A stretch of DNA of 64,000 bases from Candidatus Marinacidobacterales bacterium. Lineage in GTDB: Bacteria > Acidobacteriota > Vicinamibacteria > Marinacidobacterales > DATDRI01. This document shows, one piece after another, positions 28,793 through 38,613 of this stretch. Both the position numbers and the translations under genes were made by a program. Numbering within the stretch: position 1 is the first letter of the stretch; each line of letters begins with the position of its first letter. The DNA is taken from assembly GCA_965226495.1 (NCBI GenBank), contig OZ245365.1:2080001-2144000 (forward strand), written 5' to 3'. The notes beneath the pieces are model-generated. The model made no database searches. It was given only the letters and a program-made list of their open reading frames with translations, and was not told the origin of the DNA.

Positions 28793-29437
28793 GTGTCGGA
28801 TCGTATCAAAGTAAACCCTGACTCGCCGGAACCAGAGGTCATGAAGCACGCCGCCGAGATCGTGCGACATGGTGGGGTCATCGGCTATCCCACCGAGACC
28901 TCATACGGGCTGGGAGCTGACGCTCTCAACATCGAGGCGCGTGAAAAAATCTTCGTCATGAAGGGTCGACGAAGCGGACGGCAGCTGCCGCTCGTGGTGT
29001 ACAGTCTCGATCAACTCGCAACTCTATGCGATCCCATTCCGGCGTCGGCTCGTCTATTGGCAGAACGCTTCTGGCCTGGCCCTTTGACGGTCGTGGTTCC
29101 ACTACGCGCCCCGCTCCAAGAGGTGCTGGGCGGCGAAACGAGCGTCGCCGTGCGGATTAGTGGACTTGCGGTGGCGCGACAGTTGCCACGTGCCGTCGGA
29201 TGTTCGCTGACCGCCACCAGCGCCAACGAGAGCGGAAAACCTCCCGCGCAAACCGCGGATGAAGTGGCCGAGTTTTTCGGGGTTCGGCTGGACCTCATCC
29301 TGGACGGAGGCAGAACCTCGGGCACTCAACCGTCGACAATCGTCGACCTCCAAGGTGTCGCGCCCTTGCTTCTCCGGGCCGGGCCGGTCGATTTTGATGA
29401 GGTGCAGCACGCACTTAGCGGTGGGTCTATGCCTTGA
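28793..29437 (+). CDS. tsaC: L-threonylcarbamoyladenylate synthase (YrdC/Sua5)
   Basis: YPTETSYGL, KGR, FWPGPLT, ATSANESG, PSTIVD. Confidence 0.92.
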   Translation: MSDRIKVNPDSPEPEVMKHAAEIVRHGGVIGYPTETSYGLGADALNIEAREKIFVMKGRRSGRQLPLVVYSLDQLATLCDPIPASARLLAERFWPGPLTVVVPLRAPLQEVLGGETSVAVRISGLAVARQLPRAVGCSLTATSANESGKPPAQTADEVAEFFGVRLDLILDGGRTSGTQPSTIVDLQGVAPLLLRAGPVDFDEVQHALSGGSMP

Positions 29438-29462
29438 CTTGGCGGCGGCGCGGGCATAGAAT
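29434..29462 (+). promoter_or_regulatory. Sigma70-type promoter for the TPR-SLH/CRP/CsgG genes
   Basis: TTGACT-17 nt-TAGAAT. Confidence 0.65.
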
Positions 29463-29556
29463 AACTTCGTCGTAGGGGTTGGACACCTCCACTGAATCCG
29501 TTAACTGAAAAAAATGGCCTGAGCGGGCCTCCATCACTCTTAGAGAACCCAAAACT

Positions 29557-30906
29557 GTGGGGCGGCGCGGTGCAATTCTATTGAGCTCCGCACTGGCTTT
29601 GTTCCATGCTTATGGGTGTGCCCCGGTTCGCTCGTACACCACGGTACCGGTTCCGGGTTGGAACTACGCCGCGGGACAGTTCCCGAACGCGCCGGCAAGT
29701 CTCTCCTCTGAAGATCGGGCTACGTTCGAGCAAGGCTGGCAGGCGCTCCTTACAGGCGATCTCGAGACATCGGCGCGTTTGCTGGAAGGACTCGGTCGTC
29801 AGCATCGCGATAACCCTTCGCTCGATGCGGCGATCGGTTACCTCGAGCTTCGCATGGGAAATCGCCAAACGGCGGAGAATCGGTTCGTCGTGGCGCTCGA
29901 GAAGGAACCCAAGATGTCTGCTGCGCAAGTGGGATGGTTCCTCACCGCACTCGCCGTGGACCACGAGGAAGCTGCGTTCGAACGGCTGCGTTTGCTGAGC
30001 CGGGATCATCCCGGCAACCCCCTGGTCACCGAATACATGCCGACCCTGCAGCTCAAGCTCGCCGAGACGAAGCTTCAGGAAGCCCGTTCCCTTAGGGACA
30101 AAAAGAACTATCGGGAAGCCGCCGATGTTTATCGCCAGGCCCTCAAGATCGCCCCTGAGGCGAGTGGCCTTGCCGTCGAAGTGGCGAAGGTAGAGCTGGC
30201 GGCCGGCGAACTCCGGCTCGCAGCCGAACATGCGGCCCAAGCTATCGCGTTGGAGCCGAGAAACATCGAAGCCTACCGGTTGAGAGGAGACGCCCTTCGG
30301 GAGATGGGGGATCTGGAGCTTGCCCTAGAGAACTATCGGCAAGCCATGCTTAGAAGCCCGGACGACAAGTCCCTCGCCGCGCTGTATCAGCAAACCAAAC
30401 GCGCTTTCGATCGCGAAAGCTTTCCTTCTCAGTATTTCTCGATCGCCGAATCGCCCAAGCTATCTCGTGAGCAGTTAGCAGCGCTCCTCTTCGTAAAGCT
30501 GCGCCCCGCCTTCGGGAATGCTCCCCGTCGCGTTAGCGTCATCGCGACCGACATCGGTGACAGCTGGGCACGGCAGTTTATCCGTGAGGTCGTGGCGGCC
30601 GGCATCCTGCAGATCTATCCCAACCACACGTTTCAGCCACGAGCGTTGGTTACGCGCGGCGATTTGGCGGCGGCATTGTCGGGCGCGGTGGGTGCCTTGG
30701 CCCCCGGCGCGCTTCCGAAGGAGACCCCACAGGTATCGATTGCGGATGTTGTTCCCAGCAACTTGAACTATGAACCGGTGGCACTGGCCGTCTCCCTGGG
30801 GTTCTTGTCACTGGATTCGTCGGGTCGATTCAATCCACAGCAGTTCGTTGCCGGGGCGGAGGGCCTGGCAGCCGCCGATTCTTTGGCAAGGAGAGCCATT
30901 CCTTGA
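29557..30906 (+). CDS. Probable lipoprotein with TPR repeats and C-terminal SLH-like domains
   Basis: Lipobox-like AYGC; TPRs; TDIGDSWA..I..V..GI..IYPNHTFQP...VTRGD plus a second degenerate SLH-like unit. Confidence 0.72.
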   Translation: MGRRGAILLSSALALFHAYGCAPVRSYTTVPVPGWNYAAGQFPNAPASLSSEDRATFEQGWQALLTGDLETSARLLEGLGRQHRDNPSLDAAIGYLELRMGNRQTAENRFVVALEKEPKMSAAQVGWFLTALAVDHEEAAFERLRLLSRDHPGNPLVTEYMPTLQLKLAETKLQEARSLRDKKNYREAADVYRQALKIAPEASGLAVEVAKVELAAGELRLAAEHAAQAIALEPRNIEAYRLRGDALREMGDLELALENYRQAMLRSPDDKSLAALYQQTKRAFDRESFPSQYFSIAESPKLSREQLAALLFVKLRPAFGNAPRRVSVIATDIGDSWARQFIREVVAAGILQIYPNHTFQPRALVTRGDLAAALSGAVGALAPGALPKETPQVSIADVVPSNLNYEPVALAVSLGFLSLDSSGRFNPQQFVAGAEGLAAADSLARRAIP

Positions 30907-31580
30907 GTCTTAGCGCCGATCTATTTCGGGAAGTCCCGCTCTTCGCAGATTTAGACGAGCCGGACCTCGATAGCCTCCTTGCCGTCGCGACCCGCCGCAA
31001 GTTTCCGAAGGATTCGGTCATCTTCTTCGAGCACGATCCCGGGGACTCCTTGTTCATGATCTTGAGCGGGCGGGTCAAAGTGACGATTCTTTCCGACGAT
31101 GGACGGGAGATCATTCTTTCCGTCTTGGGGGAAAAGGATTTCTTTGGAGAGATGAGCTTGCTCGACAACGAGCCTCGCTCCGCCACCGCCATCGCCATGG
31201 AGGATACCGAGGTGGTTATCCTCCATCAAAGGGAGTTTCTGGCGATCGTGGAGAAACGACCGCGCGTCTTGGTTTTGTTGTTGGCGGTACTGTCTTCTCG
31301 CTTGCGTAAAGCCAATCACCAAATTGGAAGTCTCGCATTGCTCGATGTCTATGGACGGGTGGCCAGCGTACTCCTCGAAATGGCCAAGGAAAGCGGTACG
31401 CGCCTCAAGGACGGTCGCATCTGTTTTCGACGCCCCACCCACCAGGAGATTGCGAACATGATTGGGGCGACCCGAGAGACGGTCTCCCGTATGATTAGCG
31501 ATCTACATCGGCAGGGTTATATAGAGATCTCCGGTAAGAACGTCATCATTCAGGGACAGTTCACGAAAGAGTTCACTTAG
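30903..31580 (+). CDS. CRP/FNR family regulator (cNMP-binding)
   Basis: FFGEMSLLD..PRSATA; HTH THQEIANMIGATRETVSR. Confidence 0.92.
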   Translation: MSLSADLFREVPLFADLDEPDLDSLLAVATRRKFPKDSVIFFEHDPGDSLFMILSGRVKVTILSDDGREIILSVLGEKDFFGEMSLLDNEPRSATAIAMEDTEVVILHQREFLAIVEKRPRVLVLLLAVLSSRLRKANHQIGSLALLDVYGRVASVLLEMAKESGTRLKDGRICFRRPTHQEIANMIGATRETVSRMISDLHRQGYIEISGKNVIIQGQFTKEFT

Positions 31581-31614
31581 ACCGATGTGTTTAAACCGTC
31601 AAGGAGGGAGGACG

Positions 31615-32550
31615 ATGAAACAATTTCTGACACCGGATCGGAACCAGTTTTTCGTGGGGTGGGTGGTGGCTTTCGTGCTGGCGACCCTGTTTTTCCCCGC
31701 GCAGGCGGACGCCCAGGCAAAGATCCGAATCGCCATTTGGGACTTCGAGAACAATGCCGAGCAGCGCTGGTGGTTTTACAACGACCTCGGTCCCGCGGCA
31801 AGAAACTACATCGACACCGCCTTTTTTGAAGACGAGACCTTGTCGGCCCAGTTCAGCGTGATCGAGCGGGAGAAGCTCGACATGGTGCTGAAGGAGCAGG
31901 GTTTGGCCACGACGGGTGCTCTCGATCAGCAGACTGCGGCCAAGGTTGGGAAGGTCCTGGGGATCAAGTACATTCTCACTGGCGCAGTGGACAAGTTCGC
32001 GATCAACACCACCAAGGGAGGATACGGTGGCATCGGCGGCAAGTACACCAAGGCCGAGGCGACCATCAATATGCGCTTCATCGACACCACCACCGCCGAG
32101 CGGCTGGTTGCGGTATCCGCCGACGGTAACGTGAAGAAAGGCGGCGGTGTCTTCAAGGGCGCGAGCCTCAGCCGCGAAGCCGAATGGGGCATCGCCAGCG
32201 AAGCTCTGGAGAAAGCGGCTTTCGCCGTGGTCAAGGAGTTCAACAAGAAGAAATACGCTTCGCGTTTGAGTCCGGGTAGTGGCGCCGCCGGAGGGGGCCA
32301 AGGGGCGGTTATTAAAGTCGAAGGCGACCGTGCGTGGATCAACATGGGCTCGATGTCCGGCTTGAAGGTCGGCGACACCTTCAAAATCATCAGCGTCGGT
32401 GAATCGCTAGTAGATCCAGAGACCGGCCAGGTGTTGGGCGTCGATGAGACCGAGACGGGCCAAGGCGAGGTGGTCGACGTCAAGGAGCGGTTCTCAATCA
32501 TGAGCTTCAGTGGCGCGGCAAAAGCTAAGGACGTCGTTCGCAAACCCTAG
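31615..32550 (+). CDS. CsgG/HfaB family exported protein
   Basis: FSVIEREKLD.VLKEQ, AAKVGKVLGIKYIL.G; strong RBS before ATG 31615. Confidence 0.8.
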   Translation: MKQFLTPDRNQFFVGWVVAFVLATLFFPAQADAQAKIRIAIWDFENNAEQRWWFYNDLGPAARNYIDTAFFEDETLSAQFSVIEREKLDMVLKEQGLATTGALDQQTAAKVGKVLGIKYILTGAVDKFAINTTKGGYGGIGGKYTKAEATINMRFIDTTTAERLVAVSADGNVKKGGGVFKGASLSREAEWGIASEALEKAAFAVVKEFNKKKYASRLSPGSGAAGGGQGAVIKVEGDRAWINMGSMSGLKVGDTFKIISVGESLVDPETGQVLGVDETETGQGEVVDVKERFSIMSFSGAAKAKDVVRKP

Positions 32551-32915
32551 CTGGGTAAAGGCACTGGGCGCGTCTTGTTTCGATGCTCGCTCGGCTCCTT
32601 ACGCAATGCCTCGCCGCTCCTCGCGGCTCGGCCGGCCGCTCGGGGATTGCACCCTTCGCGGCGGCGGAAGGCTCTGCCTCGCTCGCGGCCCTCGCCCTTC
32701 CGTTAGTGGCGTGGGGCCGCACCCCCAAGGCCTCATGCTTCGTCGCTTGACGCGACTACGCATGGGCTCAAGGCTGTGCTCGGGCTTGTGTCCGGCCGAA
32801 TCGTCCGCATTTTGGCTGCTTCGAAGGAATGAGATGTCCCGGTATCACTTCGAAGCTATTCCCTCCCGGGATAATTCACTTGTGCCGTATCTCACTAACC
32901 ATTCCTCCTGGCCGG

Positions 32916-33968
32916 ATGACTGACATTCAATTGCGTTTTCTCGCTGGCAAGCGTCGGGGGGAGACGCTCGGTTACTCGGAGGCGAAGGTGCGAATCGGCC
33001 GCAGCCGTGACAACGAGCTCGTGCTTGCGGAGTCCGAATCACCGACGACCAGCGGGCATCATGCGGAGCTGGTTCGTAGGGACCGGCGCTGGTGGCTCAC
33101 CGACCTCGAGTCGACGAATGGCACCTTCGTCAACAGCGTTCGGTTGGTGCCAGGGAAGCAGGAAAGACTAAGCAACGGCGATCGACTCGGCTTCGGAGGT
33201 GCACCGATCCTATCGGTTGTACTTTCGCAGCGGTCGCTTGCACTACCGCTCGCCGCGCTGGTTGTGGTCGTCATCGCGCTTGGATTCTTCGGTTACCGCG
33301 GGTTGCGGCAGGCGAACGAGGGGTTCCGGCCGACGGTCCCGTCGGTGTCGCGATCGGTTTATCTAATTGCGCTGGAACAAGAAGACGAGCGGAAGGTGGT
33401 GGCCTCCGGCTTCGCCATTGGCTCCAACGGGTTGCTCGCCACGACCGCTCATGTCGTGGAAGAGCTCGAAAAAAAGGGGGCATTCTCGACGGATGGTCAG
33501 GCCCGTGCGATTGCGATTCTGACTGATGCGGCTGCGAAACCGATTCCTATCTTGGAGGCGTACTCCCACCCTGGGTACGAGCCCGGAAACTTCGATAATG
33601 ACGTAGCGCTCCTTCAGGTAGTGCCCGGCCCTCCTTTGATTCCGCTCCCGTTGGCCGAGCAGTCCGATTTGGACAAATTGGGCCGCGGTGTACGCATCGC
33701 GGTGTTTGGTTTTCCGGCCCTCTCAACTGATGCAGCAAGGCCGCGGGCCCGGCTCATGGAGGATGTACTGGGCGACGTGCGGGCCAGCAGATATCTGGAA
33801 ATCGGCCGCGGCATCGCTGCCGGCATGAGCGGCAGTCCCATCTTCACTCAGGATGGCATCGTCATAGGAGTCGTTGTGGGAGGCGACTTCGATGCTCCCG
33901 GCGGAACCGGAAGTGGCAACTGGGGTTTGTCAGTCGCTGCCCTGCGGGAGATGCTCGACAATCGGTGA
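32916..33968 (+). CDS. FHA domain - TM - trypsin-like serine protease
   Basis: FHA: IGR, SGHHA, DLESTNGTFVN; one TM; protease triad TAHV, DVALL, GMSGSP. Confidence 0.85.
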   Translation: MTDIQLRFLAGKRRGETLGYSEAKVRIGRSRDNELVLAESESPTTSGHHAELVRRDRRWWLTDLESTNGTFVNSVRLVPGKQERLSNGDRLGFGGAPILSVVLSQRSLALPLAALVVVVIALGFFGYRGLRQANEGFRPTVPSVSRSVYLIALEQEDERKVVASGFAIGSNGLLATTAHVVEELEKKGAFSTDGQARAIAILTDAAAKPIPILEAYSHPGYEPGNFDNDVALLQVVPGPPLIPLPLAEQSDLDKLGRGVRIAVFGFPALSTDAARPRARLMEDVLGDVRASRYLEIGRGIAAGMSGSPIFTQDGIVIGVVVGGDFDAPGGTGSGNWGLSVAALREMLDNR

Positions 33969-33975
33969 GCGGGTC

Positions 33976-35871
33976 TCAGTTAGCTCGCTTCGACCAGTAA
34001 GAGAGTATCGTTTCGGTGAGGGTGTCACTCACGACTCGGGAGCGTTCATTGAGCCGCTCGCGACCAAAACGGGTATCGAAGCTGAAGACCTCCGGCGGCG
34101 GCATGTTTAGCGGCTCACCGAATCGCGGCGCCTCGGCGGAAGCCTCTATGGAGTAGGTCCGAACCACGAAGGTGGAGCCGAACTGTTGCTCCGTTCTCGA
34201 TTCGATCTCTTCGGTGTATATCAAGAGAACGATCTCCGCTTCGGCGAGAGGAGCAACGGGTAGCCCGGCCCGTTCGAACGACTGCTGAAGCGCGCTCTTG
34301 AGCGAGGAGCACGCGTCGGAGAGACCCTCACAGCGATGGTGGACGGGCGGACTCGATGGAACAGGAGGTGGTGTCGGTTGCACCGGAGCAGGAGAGCCCG
34401 CGGGAGGGGAAGTGGACGGTGCCGGCTCAGCACGGGCCGAGGTGCTGCTCGTAGTCGTCGAAGCCGGTGTGACGAGCGTTTGCAGCGGCGCGTCCGCGGG
34501 GGCGGCGCCTGCATCGATGGTTTCGGCAGGTGAAGCCGGCGGTGCCATCGCCGGGGTGCCTTGAGGTGCTTCCTCTTCTATGTCAGGTAGGGCAGGCGAA
34601 GCGGCGGCTTCTTCGTTCTCGGTCCGGTCTTTGAAGAACGTTCCGATGCCCCAAAGAGCTAGCCCGCCGATTGCGAAGAGCAAAAGGGCCACGAGCCCGA
34701 TGAAGATCGCGAGGCCTTTTCTTGCAGGCTTCGGTGCCCGGGCGACCTCGGCGCTCGCTCGCGGCGCCGCTCGTACTGTCGGCTGGGTCGAGGGATTCGA
34801 GGCCAACCCACTCTCGGTTGTTGTCTTGGCGCCGGTCGCGTCATTCGCAACAGGCGTAGCAGGCGTAGCAGGGGTGGGGGAGGTTTGGACAGTCTGCTCC
34901 GGTGATGGAGGGATCGGTGGGAGGCGGGACTCCACACTAGGATCCCCGGGCGCGGACTCCGCGGCGGCCAGTGCCTGCCCAAGTTCCTCCGCACTCTGAT
35001 AACGTTTGTCCGCCTGCTTTTCCAGGCAGCGAAGAACGATCGCTTCGAGTGCCGCATCGAGGTCCGGCCGGAGCTCCCTAAGAGGTCGCGGTGTTTCGTT
35101 GAGATGCTTCACCAATATCGCCGGGATCGATGTGTCGTTGAATGGAACCTGCCCACCCAACATCTCGTAAAGAATGATTCCCAACGCGTAAAGATCGCTA
35201 CGGCCGTCTACCGCGGTGCCTTGAGCCTGTTCGGGCGACATGTAGTGAGGCGTGCCCAACACAAGTCCGGTCGACGTCAAGGCCGGTCCCTCGCTCTCGA
35301 ACATCTTGGCGATGCCGAAGTCCAAGAGCTTGGGTTGTTCTCGTCCATCACCGTCTTGCCAAACCACGATGTTTTGCGGTTTTAGATCGCGGTGAATGAT
35401 TTGGTTGCGGTGTGCGAGAGACAAAGCGCTATTAATCGCCGTTGCGAGGTGCACGGCTCGGTCCCGTCGAAGCGGTCCTTCTTTCTTGACCAGCTCCTTC
35501 AGACTAATCCCCGGCACGAGCTCCATCGCGATGTACAGCGTGCCGTCCTCGGTTTGTCCGAGGTCGTGGATGGTGACGATGTTGGGGTGGTTCAACTGAC
35601 TGGCGGCTCGAGCCTCTCGAAGGAAACGCGCGACGGTGTCTTGGGCCGTGACCAACTCCGGCTTGATTAGTTTCACCGCGATCGGTTTCTGGAGCATCAT
35701 GTGGGTGGCACGGTAAACGGCTCCCATTCCGCCCGTTTTGAGTAACCCGTCTATGCGGTACTTTCCGGCTAGCACTTCTCCGATCGGGGCATTCGTCAAG
35801 GGCGTGGCGTCCTTGGGGCATACGCTAACGCCGGGATCGAATCGGTCGCCACATTTAGAGCAGATGAGCAT
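33976..35871 (-). CDS. Membrane Ser/Thr protein kinase (Hanks type)
   Basis: N-terminal CSKC..CPKD; GGMGAVY, AVK, HRDLKPQN, DFG, GTPHYMSPEQ; TM; Pro-rich linker; C-terminal domain. Confidence 0.93.
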   Translation of the reverse strand: MLICSKCGDRFDPGVSVCPKDATPLTNAPIGEVLAGKYRIDGLLKTGGMGAVYRATHMMLQKPIAVKLIKPELVTAQDTVARFLREARAASQLNHPNIVTIHDLGQTEDGTLYIAMELVPGISLKELVKKEGPLRRDRAVHLATAINSALSLAHRNQIIHRDLKPQNIVVWQDGDGREQPKLLDFGIAKMFESEGPALTSTGLVLGTPHYMSPEQAQGTAVDGRSDLYALGIILYEMLGGQVPFNDTSIPAILVKHLNETPRPLRELRPDLDAALEAIVLRCLEKQADKRYQSAEELGQALAAAESAPGDPSVESRLPPIPPSPEQTVQTSPTPATPATPVANDATGAKTTTESGLASNPSTQPTVRAAPRASAEVARAPKPARKGLAIFIGLVALLLFAIGGLALWGIGTFFKDRTENEEAAASPALPDIEEEAPQGTPAMAPPASPAETIDAGAAPADAPLQTLVTPASTTTSSTSARAEPAPSTSPPAGSPAPVQPTPPPVPSSPPVHHRCEGLSDACSSLKSALQQSFERAGLPVAPLAEAEIVLLIYTEEIESRTEQQFGSTFVVRTYSIEASAEAPRFGEPLNMPPPEVFSFDTRFGRERLNERSRVVSDTLTETILSYWSKRAN

Positions 35872-35929
35872 GCAGCATGTTAGGACGCAGCCGCCGCGGG
35901 GTCAAGTGAATGAGGGCGTTGGGTGTAAG

Positions 35930-36589
35930 CTAACGAGAAACACGGATTCCGAACTGGATGTAGCTCGAATTAATGCCAGGATTGACCGTCGACAACGAGT
36001 TGTTGGAGAGGTGCTGGACTCGATACTCGAGTGAATAGGCAAGACGGGGTTTGTGGAACCACATGACGCCGAGCCCGAGCTGAGTCGTGAAGTTGAGATG
36101 GCTCGACTCGGCTGGAATTGGATCTACCGAGACCAGGGTGCCCAATGCGAAGGAGAGAAAAGGCTTCACTTTTGATGCGGGGGCCATGTAGTGGCGAAAC
36201 AAAAGCGTGAAGGTAAAGCCGTAGGTGGTTGGGTCTTGAAACATGAGGAACACCGGGTAAATTTCCCCTCCGACCTCCATATGCCCCTTCATGAAACGCG
36301 GCCCGATCGCGTTGGTGAAGATTCGGCCGTGTTGCCCTCCGAGCACGAGAAACTGTCGGTCCGCTACGCCGCCAAAAACCTCGTGAGCGATGCCGACTCC
36401 GGCCACTAACCCCCATTGTCGGTCGCCTTTTCGAAGTTCGCCCAGCCGTCGATCGTCACCTTTCGTATCTACGTTTGCCGATGCGGAGTCGGGCTCGGTC
36501 GTTTCTTGGGCGGTGCGAGCGTCGACCGTCGCTTGCGAAAAGGCAAGCGCGAGAGACAAACTGGCGATGATCGTTCCAACCCGCGACAT
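35930..36589 (-). CDS. PagL-like lipid A deacylase / acyloxyacyl hydrolase beta-barrel
   Basis: Signal peptide; NFT.QLG.G and YRVQHLSN......NPGIN (HxSN) motifs. Confidence 0.75.
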   Translation of the reverse strand: MSRVGTIIASLSLALAFSQATVDARTAQETTEPDSASANVDTKGDDRRLGELRKGDRQWGLVAGVGIAHEVFGGVADRQFLVLGGQHGRIFTNAIGPRFMKGHMEVGGEIYPVFLMFQDPTTYGFTFTLLFRHYMAPASKVKPFLSFALGTLVSVDPIPAESSHLNFTTQLGLGVMWFHKPRLAYSLEYRVQHLSNNSLSTVNPGINSSYIQFGIRVSR

Positions 36590-36696
36590 AAGTCGCCGAG
36601 TTTAGCATGGTCACGGAGACCGGGTTCGCAGGGGAAATAGATTTGGCGGCGGGTGCCTGAGTCTTCTATCATGCCGCTCGGAAGGAGTGAGTCCGT

Positions 36697-37737
36697 TTGA
36701 TACGCGGTTTCTTTCACGCCTGGGAAAGGCGTTTGGCGGAGAAGGACGACCCCGAGCGAAGGGTCCTGCCTTTCGCCTGGGGGACTGAGTTTTTGGGAAA
36801 TGGCAAGATCTCGGGAGCCGAAGCGAGAGACTTTCTTCATCGGCATGTCGAGGAGGCGCTTGTCGAGACCGACGCCTATTTTCCGTCGGTGTCCGTTTCG
36901 GACTTCCGTTTGCAGGACTCCGAGCTCACGTTCTCCAGCCCTGTCGAGACGCGATATCAAAAGAACAACGTGGCACGGGGCACTTTCTTCCCGGCATCGC
37001 ATAAGGGGCCGGCGGTGATCGTGCTTCCTCAGTGGAACGCCAAGGGGGGAGCACAGACTGGATTGTGCCGACTCCTGAACCTTTTCGGGTTGACGGCGCT
37101 TCGGTTGACCCTGCCATACCACGGCGCAAGGATGCCCGACGAGCTCACTCGGGCCGACTACATGTTGAGTCCAAACCTGGGGCGCACACTACAGGCGTGC
37201 CGCCAAGCGGTACTAGAAGCGCGCGCAGCGATCACGTGGCTCGAGGAAAAGGGCTATGGCCCCATCGGCATAATCGGAACCAGCCTGGGTTCTGCGATCG
37301 CGTTCATCACAGTCGCACACGACCAACGGCTTCGAACAGGAGTGATGAACCATGTCTCACCGTATTTTGCCGACGTCGTTTGGCGAGGCATCTCCACGCG
37401 GCATGTGCGACAGGGTTTGGAGAGGGGAATCGATCTCGAGGAGCTTCGGCAACTTTGGCTTCCTATCAGTCCCCGAAGCTACTATCAGCGACTTAATGGG
37501 AGCGGACGGAAGGTGATGCTGGTCTACGCCCGTTACGATCTGTCGTTTCCGCCGGACGAGTCAAGACGACTCGTGTCGGACTTCGAGCGTTTGGGCATCC
37601 GCCACCAGAAGCTCGTCTTGCCTTGCGGTCACTACTCGACCGCGAAGTTCCCGTTCAACGTCGTGGACGGCGTTGCCATGGCTCGGTATTTATCTAGGGC
37701 TCTAGAAGACAAAAACCCAGACAGGATGACAGGATAA
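36697..37737 (+). CDS. Alpha/beta hydrolase
   Basis: GTSLGS nucleophile elbow, YD, C-terminal PCGHYS. Confidence 0.8.
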   Translation: MIRGFFHAWERRLAEKDDPERRVLPFAWGTEFLGNGKISGAEARDFLHRHVEEALVETDAYFPSVSVSDFRLQDSELTFSSPVETRYQKNNVARGTFFPASHKGPAVIVLPQWNAKGGAQTGLCRLLNLFGLTALRLTLPYHGARMPDELTRADYMLSPNLGRTLQACRQAVLEARAAITWLEEKGYGPIGIIGTSLGSAIAFITVAHDQRLRTGVMNHVSPYFADVVWRGISTRHVRQGLERGIDLEELRQLWLPISPRSYYQRLNGSGRKVMLVYARYDLSFPPDESRRLVSDFERLGIRHQKLVLPCGHYSTAKFPFNVVDGVAMARYLSRALEDKNPDRMTG

Positions 37738-37805
37738 CCAGGATAAAGAACAAGACCCAGCCGCTAGTACTTTGTCTTATCCCGTAAATCCTGCTATCCC
37801 GTCTA
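37719..37805. repeat. Palindromic GACAGGAT repeat, copy 3
   Basis: AGACAGGATGACAGGATAACCAGGATA ... TATCCCGTAAATCCTGCTATCCCGTCTA between convergent genes. Confidence 0.7.
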
Positions 37806-37827
37806 ATGTTTTTCTTTTTTGGGGCGG

Positions 37828-38451
37828 TTAGAAGTAATAGCCGAGGCCACCAAAGATCCTGCGGGTACGCCCATGCCACTCACCGCCCGGTACCCACCAG
37901 CGCATATCGGCTCGCACGGACACGTTGTAGAGAAAGTAATAGTCGAAGCCGGCACCGAAACTGAACGTCGGCTCGGTGTCGATCGTCCGTTCGTCCTGCT
38001 CGATGGTGCCCGTTTCGGCGTCGAAATTGGTTCTGACGAGGTCACGTCGCACCATGCCGCCGCCTCCTAAGATATAGGGGTGAAAGGGTTTACGGCGACC
38101 AAAGTGATAGTAGAGCGTTCCGTCCAGATGGTATCGGTTCTGTTCCAGCTGGACCTGAGCCACTACGGCGGGGTTTGTCTCGAAGATGAGCTCGCCACCG
38201 GGGCCGAGGGTGAACGCTCGGGACACGTTCGTGAAGTCGAAGCTGAGTTCCGCGGTCACTTTGTCGTTGAAGCGGACGCCGAAAAACCCTCCCAAGTTCG
38301 TGCCGCGGCCCAGATCAAAGTTGGGATTGAAGAGCGTTGCGAAGCCTCCTCCTCCGCCGACGATGAACCTCTGGCGTTGCTGCGCTGCCGACTCACCAAG
38401 CAAGCCAACGAGCAGTAACGCCGCTACCAGCGGCCAATGAAGTCTTGGCAT
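37828..38451 (-). CDS. Outer-membrane beta-barrel protein
   Basis: Signal peptide after ATG 38451 (AGGAGG RBS); PYILGGGG, FGAGFDY, terminal YYF. Confidence 0.75.
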   Translation of the reverse strand: MPRLHWPLVAALLLVGLLGESAAQQRQRFIVGGGGGFATLFNPNFDLGRGTNLGGFFGVRFNDKVTAELSFDFTNVSRAFTLGPGGELIFETNPAVVAQVQLEQNRYHLDGTLYYHFGRRKPFHPYILGGGGMVRRDLVRTNFDAETGTIEQDERTIDTEPTFSFGAGFDYYFLYNVSVRADMRWWVPGGEWHGRTRRIFGGLGYYF

Positions 38452-38613
38452 CAACACCTCCTTACGGGATTCTAGCAATTCTTTAGGCCAAACGGGGGAT
38501 AGCGTGTCCACTGCGGGTGCCTTTCCTCGAGCGCGTAGTTTGACCAGGTGGGGCCGGCTGGCTAAGATGGGGCGCCTGCGGAACGGAGAAATACCGAAGT
38601 ACGAGGAGTGTGT

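Noticed and set aside
29463-29556. Leader as a riboswitch or sRNA
   Set aside because: No recognisable aptamer consensus or terminator; cannot be supported without a covariance search.
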